DNA of 64,000 nucleotides, taken from positions 32,001 to 96,000 of the forward strand of contig JBBRLJ010000008.1 in the NCBI GenBank assembly GCA_038231435.1, read 5' to 3'. Position numbers and translations under genes: made by a program. Positions within the stretch are counted from its first letter, which is position 1. Each line of letters begins with the position of its first letter. The notes under the pieces were generated by a model, which did no database searches, was not told the DNA's origin, and saw only the letters and a program-made list of their open reading frames with translations. The DNA is from Planctomycetota bacterium (lineage in GTDB: Bacteria > Planctomycetota > UBA11346). Shown here piece after piece: positions 49,092 through 56,755 of this stretch.

Positions 49092-49879
49092 TGGCCACCG
49101 ACGTCGACGCCATCATCTCCGCCGGGCATCCGCTCATCCACCGCGCGGCGGTCATCGCCGCCGCGCTGATCGGCGGCTGGCTGATCGCGCGCGACTCGCG
49201 GTCATGGCCGTTGGCGTGGCGCCCGCGCTGCGAACTGCTCGCGGTGGTCGCGCTGGCCTCGATGGTCGGCTCGGCGCTGCCGGCGCTGTTCGCCGGCGGC
49301 TATGTCGGCGAGCTGGCCGCGTCCTACGTGGTCGATACGCCAAGCCTGCTCGACGGCGCGCTCGCCGAGTACCGCCTCGGGCCGAAGACCATCCTCGGCG
49401 GCATGCTCTTCGGCTTCATCGGCGCGTCGCTCTACAAGGGCCTCTCTGGCCTGCGCGTCGAGACCAGCGACGCTTTCGCGCGGGGCTCGTGCCTGATGAT
49501 GGCGATCGGGCGCCTCGGCTGCATCGCCCAGCACTGCTGCTTCGGCGTGGTGGTTCCGGCCGCGATCGGCTGCGACTTCGGCGACGGCCTACCGCGTCTG
49601 CCGGTGCAGGCGATCGAGGCGGTCGCGCTGTTCGGGTTGTTCCTGGTGCTGCAGATCCTGCACCGCCGCGGCGCCCTGCGCGACCGCAGGCTGTTCCTGT
49701 TCTTCGCGATCTATGGGATGATCCGCTTCGTGCTCGAGTTCGGTCGTGAGACGATCGCCGTCACCGTGCTCGGCCTCGGCTACTACCAATGGATCGCCCT
49801 GCTGGTCGCGGGGATCGGGGTCTACCAGCTGCTCAAGCGGCGGCCGCCAGCCGCCGTGGTCATGCCGCCAGCCGCCTAG
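49091..49879 (+). CDS. Prolipoprotein diacylglyceryl transferase (Lgt)-like protein, divergent
   Basis: GPKTILGG, AIGRLGC..HCCFG, PVQAIE, YGMIRFVLEFGR, YQWIAL correspond to Lgt motifs; start overlaps the upstream stop (TGATG). Confidence 0.82.
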   Translation: MATDVDAIISAGHPLIHRAAVIAAALIGGWLIARDSRSWPLAWRPRCELLAVVALASMVGSALPALFAGGYVGELAASYVVDTPSLLDGALAEYRLGPKTILGGMLFGFIGASLYKGLSGLRVETSDAFARGSCLMMAIGRLGCIAQHCCFGVVVPAAIGCDFGDGLPRLPVQAIEAVALFGLFLVLQILHRRGALRDRRLFLFFAIYGMIRFVLEFGRETIAVTVLGLGYYQWIALLVAGIGVYQLLKRRPPAAVVMPPAA

Positions 49880-49895
49880 ACTAGACTAGCCTAGC
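49876..49895. repeat. (CTAGN)x4 between convergent stop codons
   Basis: CTAGA CTAGA CTAGC CTAGC. Confidence 0.85.
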
Positions 49896-51051
49896 CGCTG
49901 GCGCTCGCGGCAGCGGAGGCGATCGCGGTGAACGCGCGCGCCAGGTCTGCCTCCAGGTCGGCGGGATCCTCGAAGCCGAAGCACAGACGCACCAGGCCCT
50001 GGTCGAGGCCGATCGCCGACTTCTCGTCCGGCGTCATCGAGGCGTGGCTGCCGTTGTACGGCTGCGCCACCATCGAGGTCACGCAGGCCATGCCGGTGCC
50101 GGTGTCGAACAGGCGCAGGGCTGCGGCGAAATCGCGGTAGCGCCCGGCGACCGCCGGAGCCAGGGCGAAGAACAGGATGCCACCGTAGCCGCGCAGCTGG
50201 TGCCCATCGATCGTCGGCAGGTGCACGCGCGCGACCTGCGGAATGGTGCCGAGGAAGGCCGCCAGGCGCGCGGTCACGCGTTCGTGCTCACGCATGCGCA
50301 GGCCGAAGGTCTTCATGCTGCGGCACAGCAGCCAGGCGCTGTGCGGATCGAGGATGGCGCCGGCATAGAAGCGCGCATCGCGCAGCTGGCCGTGCAGGTC
50401 GTCGCGGTCGCAGCAGATGATGCCGCCCATGACGTCGCTATGGCCGCCAAAGTACTTGGTGGCGCTGTGCACCACCAGGTCGGCGCCGTGTGCGAGCGGA
50501 TTCTGGAACAGCGGCGTCGCCCAGGTGTTGTCGACTACTACCAGTGCGCGCGGATCGGCGGCCCGGGCGGCCTTCGCCACGGCGGCGATGTCGATGGTCT
50601 TGAGAAAGGGATTGGTCGGGGTCTCGAAGATCACCAGGCGCGTGCCCGCCGGGATGCGCGCGAGCTGTTCGGGAACGGACAGGTCGAGCGCGGAGACGCG
50701 CACGCCGCGTGCTTCGGCGAAGCGCTGGAAGAGCCGGTGCGAGCAGCCGTAGATGTCGCGGTTGAAGACCAGGCCATCGCCGGCGCGCAGCAGGTCGAGC
50801 ACCTGGTGGATCGCGGTCATGCCGGTGGTCACGGCGATGCCGTGGCGGCAGCCCTCGAGGCCCGCGACGATGCCCTCGAATTCGGCGATGTTGGGGTTGT
50901 CCTTGCGCGTGTAGAAGTAGGGGGAGCCGGTCTGGAAGGCGCTCGCCTGATAGAGCGGGGTCACGACCGGCAGGGCACCGTCGTGCGGCACGCGCGCATG
51001 CAGCGAACGCGTGAGCGGGCTGGTCCCGGCGAGTGGATCCGGGTCAGCCAT
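49891..51051 (-). CDS. PLP-dependent Cys/Met metabolism enzyme (cystathionine gamma-synthase/lyase-like)
   Basis: YTRKDNP, FETPTNP, VVDNTWATP, HSATKYFGGHSD (PLP Lys), LVRLCFGFED. Confidence 0.9.
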   Translation of the reverse strand: MADPDPLAGTSPLTRSLHARVPHDGALPVVTPLYQASAFQTGSPYFYTRKDNPNIAEFEGIVAGLEGCRHGIAVTTGMTAIHQVLDLLRAGDGLVFNRDIYGCSHRLFQRFAEARGVRVSALDLSVPEQLARIPAGTRLVIFETPTNPFLKTIDIAAVAKAARAADPRALVVVDNTWATPLFQNPLAHGADLVVHSATKYFGGHSDVMGGIICCDRDDLHGQLRDARFYAGAILDPHSAWLLCRSMKTFGLRMREHERVTARLAAFLGTIPQVARVHLPTIDGHQLRGYGGILFFALAPAVAGRYRDFAAALRLFDTGTGMACVTSMVAQPYNGSHASMTPDEKSAIGLDQGLVRLCFGFEDPADLEADLARAFTAIASAAASASG

Positions 51052-52495
51052 CGCCGCCACCGGCGGTCTGGCTCGTACTTCTCAAGGATGCGAAGTCAGG
51101 CAGCGGGCTGATGTCGCCATTCAGCGTTCCGGCTCCGGCCTCGACGGTGGGGAAATGCGCGCGGTCGAAGACCTCGTGCAGGCTCGATGCCACCTCGGAC
51201 GGCACCGCGACCTCGATGCCCTGTTCGTCGGGCGAGGCCTTGGCGGCGATGTAGCGGTAGCTCTCTCCGGGCGCGAGAGCTAGCGTGCGCCACGGTTCGG
51301 ATGTTCCAGGATCGAGGCGGCGCGTAAATACCGTCGCCGGGTTCGTGCCTTGGTTGCGCACCTGGATGTGCAGCGAGCGGATGTCGCCCTTCCACAGGTG
51401 GCTGGCGCGCCGCAGGGAAGGTTCGATGGCGGCCGCTGTGGGCTGCGCCGAGCCGGGTTCGGCGAATAGGCGCATGTGCGCGTCGGTTCCGCAGGCCCGG
51501 CAATGCCCATCGCCGCCGAGTCCGATCAGGCGTGCGTTGAGGCCGTAGCGCGACACCAGTAGGGAGTCGCAAGCGTGGCAGCGCGTGTCCACGCCTGCGT
51601 TGTCGTAGACATTCCCGAGGTAGACGTGGCGGATGCCGGCATCGAGCGCGAGAGCGCGCGCGGCCTCGAGTCGGGGGATCGGCGTGCGCGTGCTCGCGGT
51701 CATCTTGTAGTCGGGATGGAAGCGCACGAAGTGCAGCGGCACCGCCTGGTCGAGCTGCTGGCCGACGAAGTCGGCGATGGCGCCGGCGGTGCGCAGGTCG
51801 TCGGAGACGTCGGTGACCATCAGCGTCGAGATCTCGACGTGCTTGCCGGCGCGGTGCACCAGCTTCGCGCCCTCGAGCACTGGTTCGAGCCAACCCTTGG
51901 TGAGCTTGCGGTAGTAGACCGGATCCATCGACTTCACCGAGATCGAGAAGATATCGATCACCGGCAGCAGCTCGGCGATCGCCTCGGGGGTGATGAAGAA
52001 GGCGGACTTGAAGAGGTTGACGATGCCGCGCGCGCGCGCGAGCGCCGCGGTCTCGATGACGAACTCGTGCCACACCACCGGATCGTTGTAGGTCCATGAG
52101 ATCACGCGGATGCCGTGGCGCACCGCGATGTCGACGACCTGCTCCGGGGTGTAGTGGTGGACGTCGGAATCAGAGACGTGTTTGGCCTGCGAAGTCTTCC
52201 AGTTGTGGCAGTAGTCGCAGTTCATCATGCAGCCAATGTTGCCCATCGACAGGATGCGCTCCCCCGGCGCGTAATGGAATACCGCCTCGGTCTCGATGGT
52301 CTCCTCGGTGGCGTGCACCGACTTGCCGTAATTGAGCGTCACCAGGCGGCCGTTGCGGTTGGCACGCACCCCGCAGAAGCCGTGCTGGCCCGGCTTGATG
52401 ACGCAGGTGCGCGGGCTGAGATGGCAACGCACCGCGCCGCCGTCGAGGCGTTCCTCGAGCCGTGCTGGCCGCCACGAATCTTTCCAGGTCGCCAT
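51044..52495 (-). CDS. AmmeMemoRadiSam-type (AmrS-like, PFL-activase-like) radical SAM enzyme with C-terminal extension
   Basis: VRCHLSPRTC...GFCGVR, GCMMNCDYCHNW, WTYNDP, PLHFVRFHPDY, HVYLGN, TRCHAC...CRACG; roughly 120 extra C-terminal residues. Start at 52495 or 52597. Confidence 0.85.
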   Translation of the reverse strand: MATWKDSWRPARLEERLDGGAVRCHLSPRTCVIKPGQHGFCGVRANRNGRLVTLNYGKSVHATEETIETEAVFHYAPGERILSMGNIGCMMNCDYCHNWKTSQAKHVSDSDVHHYTPEQVVDIAVRHGIRVISWTYNDPVVWHEFVIETAALARARGIVNLFKSAFFITPEAIAELLPVIDIFSISVKSMDPVYYRKLTKGWLEPVLEGAKLVHRAGKHVEISTLMVTDVSDDLRTAGAIADFVGQQLDQAVPLHFVRFHPDYKMTASTRTPIPRLEAARALALDAGIRHVYLGNVYDNAGVDTRCHACDSLLVSRYGLNARLIGLGGDGHCRACGTDAHMRLFAEPGSAQPTAAAIEPSLRRASHLWKGDIRSLHIQVRNQGTNPATVFTRRLDPGTSEPWRTLALAPGESYRYIAAKASPDEQGIEVAVPSEVASSLHEVFDRAHFPTVEAGAGTLNGDISPLPDFASLRSTSQTAGGGDG

Positions 52496-52562
52496 GGCCA
52501 GACCGTAGACCTGGCCCGCTCGCCGGGAAGCCCCGGTTTCCGCAGCGTCATCGGCCGTTACG

Positions 52563-54482
52563 GTGGCACCGGTGTCCCGACCCTCGGCCTCTCCCACTGC
52601 TCACGACGCCGCCGCGGAATACGCGCGCAGCATCGCGGATCCCGAGGCCTATTGGAGCGCGATCGCCGGCACAGAACTGCTGTGGGACCGGCCATTCACG
52701 CGTGCGTTCTCGGGCAGCCTCGCGGCCGGGGATGCGTCGTGGTTCGACGGCGGTGTGCTCAACGCGTGCGTCAATTGCGTCGATCGCCATCTGGCGGCAC
52801 GCGGCGAGCGCACCGCCCTGATCTGGGAGGGGGATGAACCCGGGTCAACGCGCACCTTCACCTATCGCGAACTGCACGGCGAGATCTGCCGTCTCGCCAA
52901 CGCCCTCCAGCGGCGCGGCGTGGAAGCGGGCGACGGCGTAGGGATCTATCTGCCGACGGTGCCCGAAGCGGTGGTCGCGATGCTCGCATGCGCGCGGCTG
53001 GGCGCGGTGCACTGCGTGGTGTTTGCCGGCTTCGGCTCCGAGGCCCTGCGCCAACGCCTCGCCGCCGCCGACTGCCGCGTGCTGATCACCGCCGACATCG
53101 CCATGCGCGCGGGCAAGGCCATCGCGCTGAAGCCGATCGCTGATCGGGCGCTCGCGGCGCTGCCAGGCATCCATTCGGTCTTGGTGCTGCGGCGCGGCGT
53201 GCCCGGCATCACGCTCTCGGAGCCGCGCGAACTCTGTCTGCGCCGAGCCATGGATGCCGAATCACCGGCACACCGCGCCGCCGCGTTCCCGAGCGCGCAT
53301 CCGTTGTTCGTGTTGCATACCTCCGGATCCACTGGCACGCCCAAGGCGGTGCTGCACGCCACCGCCGGCTCTTTGCTGTGGGCGATGCGCACGCATCGCC
53401 TGGCGCTCGATTGGCGCGAAGGCGAGGTCTACGCCTGCGTCGCCGACATCGGCTGGATCACCGGACACTCGTACATCGTCTATGGCCCACTCGGGAACGG
53501 CGCCACCACGCTGCTGTGCGAAGGCGTGCCGACACATCCGGATCCGGGGCGGTATTGGGCCATGGTCGAACAGCACCGCGTCGCGGTGCTGTTCACCGTG
53601 CCCACGGCGGTGCGTGCGATCGCGCGCCACGGCGACGCGCCCGCGCTGGCCCACGATCGCTCCAGCCTGCGCGTCATCGCCACCGCTGGCGAGGCCCTAG
53701 ACGCGGCAACGTGGCGATGGCTGCGCGACGTGCCTGGCGGCGGGAGCTGCGCGGTGATCGACATCTACGGCCAGACCGAAGCCGCCGGACACCTGCTCGC
53801 CGCTCGTCCGCAAGCATTCGCGATGGGCGCGTCCAAGCCCGGATCGGTAGGCTCGCCCTTGCCGGGCGTGGTGGTGGCGGTGCTCGACGGCGCCGGGAAC
53901 CCGCTTGTGGGCGAAGCGGCAGGCATGCTCGCGATTGGCGCTCCATGGCCGGGCTTGGCGAAGTCGATCGGCGATCGCCGCGACCCCGACTGCTTGGCGC
54001 GTCATCCGGGCTTCTACCTCACCGGCGATGGCTGCCGGCGAGACGCCGATGGACATCTGTGGATCACCGGTCGCGTCGACGACGTGGTCAACGTCTCGGG
54101 CGTGCGTCTCGGCACCGTCGAGATCGAGGCGGCGCTGCTGGCGCATCCGGCGTGCGCCGAGGCGGCGGTGGTGGGCGTGCCGCACGCGCTCAAGGGTTCC
54201 GCACTGATCGCATTCGCGGTGGCGCGCGTCGGCCAGGACGAGCCTCGGCTGGGAGCCGTGCTGCGCGCGGCCGTGCGCGCTGGCATCGGGCCCATCGCCG
54301 CGCCCGAACGCGTGGTGATGGTGCCGGCATTGCCGAAGACCAGGTCCGGGAAGCTCATGCGCCGGGTGCTACGCGCCCTGGCGATGGGTGACGATGGTGC
54401 GCTGGGCGATCTCACCGCGCTGGCGGAGCCGTCGGTGATCGACGACGTGCGCCGCGCGCTATCGGAGCTGCCGAATTCCTGA
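52563..54482 (+). CDS. Acetyl-CoA synthetase-like acyl-CoA ligase
   Basis: LNACVNCVDRH, TSGSTGTPK, ADIGWITGHSY, GRVDDVVNVSG, LPKTRSGKLMRR; YGQTE in place of WWQTE. Confidence 0.9.
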   Translation: MAPVSRPSASPTAHDAAAEYARSIADPEAYWSAIAGTELLWDRPFTRAFSGSLAAGDASWFDGGVLNACVNCVDRHLAARGERTALIWEGDEPGSTRTFTYRELHGEICRLANALQRRGVEAGDGVGIYLPTVPEAVVAMLACARLGAVHCVVFAGFGSEALRQRLAAADCRVLITADIAMRAGKAIALKPIADRALAALPGIHSVLVLRRGVPGITLSEPRELCLRRAMDAESPAHRAAAFPSAHPLFVLHTSGSTGTPKAVLHATAGSLLWAMRTHRLALDWREGEVYACVADIGWITGHSYIVYGPLGNGATTLLCEGVPTHPDPGRYWAMVEQHRVAVLFTVPTAVRAIARHGDAPALAHDRSSLRVIATAGEALDAATWRWLRDVPGGGSCAVIDIYGQTEAAGHLLAARPQAFAMGASKPGSVGSPLPGVVVAVLDGAGNPLVGEAAGMLAIGAPWPGLAKSIGDRRDPDCLARHPGFYLTGDGCRRDADGHLWITGRVDDVVNVSGVRLGTVEIEAALLAHPACAEAAVVGVPHALKGSALIAFAVARVGQDEPRLGAVLRAAVRAGIGPIAAPERVVMVPALPKTRSGKLMRRVLRALAMGDDGALGDLTALAEPSVIDDVRRALSELPNS

Positions 54483-54492
54483 TCCCCGAGCG

Positions 54493-55332
54493 CTAGCCCA
54501 GGAGCGGATGCAGGTCGCCATCGACCGCATCCCCGGTCACGCGGCCGGCGAACCAGCGCTCGAGGGACGCGGCGCGCAGCGGATGGTCAGCATCGCCGAT
54601 GCGCGCGCCGTCCGCGACGTAGATGACCGTCATCGCCTCTCGCGCGTGCGCGGACGCGTTGGCCTGGGCGCCATGGATGGTCCAGCCCAGGTGGAAGGTA
54701 GCGTCTCCCGCGCGCATCGCCCCGGTTCGTCGGATCGCCAGTCCGCGTTCGTCGATCAGGCGCGAGAAAAAATCCTGACCTTCGTCGCAGATCGGCAGAT
54801 CAGCCAGGCGCTTGAGGCGATGCGATCCGGGCACGAAGTCGAGCGTGCCCATGCGTTCGTCGATGTCCGCCAGCGCCATCCACATGGTCAGGGCGCGCGC
54901 ATCGCCCAGCGGCCACGCGGCCTGGTCTTGGTGCCAGGGCGTGATGCCGCCGCCGCCTTCAGTGAACAGCGCCTGGTCGTGGTAGAGGCGGACGCGTTCG
55001 ACGCCGAGCAGCCGCGCCGCGATCGCGGCGAAGCGCCGGGCGAGTACGAAGCTGCGCGCGGTGTCGTCGGCCCGCCACAGGTTGATCGCCTGTAGGAAGG
55101 CCCTGCCATAGGTGTCGCGCTCGGCGAGCGGCCGCGATTCGTGCTGGAGGCGGCGCGCCGTATCGCGCAGTGCCGGCGCGAGGTGCGCGACGTCATCGCG
55201 CGCCAGCACCTCGCGCAGCAGAACGTGGCCATCGGCCTGGAACGCCGCGATCGTTTCCGCTGCCAGCGGATAGCTTGCGGTGAGCGGATCGTTCGCTTCC
55301 GAAGGGGCTGGTCCAATGCGTGTCGAGGGCAC
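54493..55332 (-). CDS. Phytanoyl-CoA dioxygenase (PhyH) family Fe(II)/2OG dioxygenase
   Basis: TPWHQD, FVPGSH, GDATFH..WTIHGAQAN...REAM. Confidence 0.9.
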   Translation of the reverse strand: MPSTRIGPAPSEANDPLTASYPLAAETIAAFQADGHVLLREVLARDDVAHLAPALRDTARRLQHESRPLAERDTYGRAFLQAINLWRADDTARSFVLARRFAAIAARLLGVERVRLYHDQALFTEGGGGITPWHQDQAAWPLGDARALTMWMALADIDERMGTLDFVPGSHRLKRLADLPICDEGQDFFSRLIDERGLAIRRTGAMRAGDATFHLGWTIHGAQANASAHAREAMTVIYVADGARIGDADHPLRAASLERWFAGRVTGDAVDGDLHPLLG

Positions 55333-55506
55333 GAGACGAAGGTATCCCTCAGGTCTCCGCGAGAAAGCATCGTGGTCCGCGGTCAGCAGGGGTGTCAGAA
55401 GCCCAGCTCCACGTTCTCTGTGAACGGCTCTGCGAATGGTTCTGGGAATGCCTCAGGCGAGCGCGACGACATTAGAGATGGGCCCAGGGGACGAAGCCCC
55501 GGATGA

Positions 55507-56712
55507 CTAGGCCTTGATGCAGCCAAGCGCCTTGACGCCCTTCTGGCTGAGGAAGTAGTCGCTGTAGCCCCACCACTCCTGCGCCATGGTCATGTACAGC
55601 GAGCGGAAGTCGTTGGTGTGCACGAGATCGCCGTCGTTCAGTTCGGTAAGGCTCGGCGGCGCGCCGATGAAGCCGCCCTTCACCTTGCCGCCCGTGAGAA
55701 AGTGTGGAGCTGCGGTGCCATGATCGGTGCCCTTGCTGCCGTTCTCGCTGACACGGCGGCCGAATTCGCTGTAGGTGCCCACCAGAGTGCGATCCCAGGC
55801 GCCGCCCGCCATCAGGGCCTCGCGTAGCGCACCGAGCCCCTCCGAGACCTCGGTGAGGAGCTTGTCCTGTCGCTCGCGCTGGTTCGAGTGCGTGTCGAAG
55901 CCATCGATCGTGAGCTTGTACATCGGCACCACGGCACCCGCGATGATCAGCTTGGCGGTGGTCTGCAGGAAATCGCCGAGCTGGCCTTTCGGGAACTTGC
56001 CCTTCAGCGCGGGGGCCTTCGCCACCAGTTCGGCCATGCGCTCACCCGAGGCGTTGATGTCGGCCTGGACTTTCAACACCTGCTGGAGCGCTGGATTCTT
56101 GGTTTGGCTCTCGGCCTTCTTCATGGCCCGGGCTTCGCGGATGAAGCCGTCGGGGCCGTTCATGATGATGTTGCGCAGCGCGTCGCCGTAGAGCGGGCCG
56201 AAGCCGCCGTAGGCGGTGGTCTTGTCGTAGCCGAGGATGATCGAGTGCGCGAGCAGATCGTCGGGCACGCCCTGCGCCTTCGACATCACGCGCGCCGCCC
56301 AGCCGTCACCCTGCATCTCGTCGGCCTTCGAGCCGGAATTCCAGATGTCGATGCCGCGGAAATGCGAGCGGTTGGGATGATCGTAGCCGACGGCGTGGAC
56401 GATTGCGAGGTCGCCGTCCTTCCACGCAGGTAGCATCGCGCCCATCACTGGATTCAGGCCGAACTGCTTGTCGAGCTTGAGCACGTCGCCCGCCGGTATG
56501 GCCACCGCGGGACGCGCCTTGGCATATGCCGGATCGGCGTACGGCACCACGGTGTTCAGGCCGTCGTTCCCCCCGCGCAGCTCGATCAGCACCACCGAGC
56601 GTTTCCAATCGATGGACACGGTCTTCGGCGGGTCGCCGGCAAAAGCGACGCCCGGGAACATCATCGCCAGCGAGGAGTATCCGCACAGTCTGAGAAAGTC
56701 GCGGCGTTGCAT
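55507..56712 (-). CDS. DUF1501 family protein (Tat signal)
   Basis: MQRRDFL; LRGGNDGLNTVVP, NRSHF, GFDTH, SEFGRR, GTDHG. Confidence 0.92.
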   Translation of the reverse strand: MQRRDFLRLCGYSSLAMMFPGVAFAGDPPKTVSIDWKRSVVLIELRGGNDGLNTVVPYADPAYAKARPAVAIPAGDVLKLDKQFGLNPVMGAMLPAWKDGDLAIVHAVGYDHPNRSHFRGIDIWNSGSKADEMQGDGWAARVMSKAQGVPDDLLAHSIILGYDKTTAYGGFGPLYGDALRNIIMNGPDGFIREARAMKKAESQTKNPALQQVLKVQADINASGERMAELVAKAPALKGKFPKGQLGDFLQTTAKLIIAGAVVPMYKLTIDGFDTHSNQRERQDKLLTEVSEGLGALREALMAGGAWDRTLVGTYSEFGRRVSENGSKGTDHGTAAPHFLTGGKVKGGFIGAPPSLTELNDGDLVHTNDFRSLYMTMAQEWWGYSDYFLSQKGVKALGCIKA

Positions 56713-56755
56713 GGGTGCTCCGGAAGCGGGGGGGGGGGACGGGTGGGCCGAGGCC

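Noticed and set aside
56728..56738. G11 homopolymer between DUF1800 and DUF1501
   Set aside because: Intergenic, so there is no frame effect; phase variation or a length error cannot be assessed without reads.
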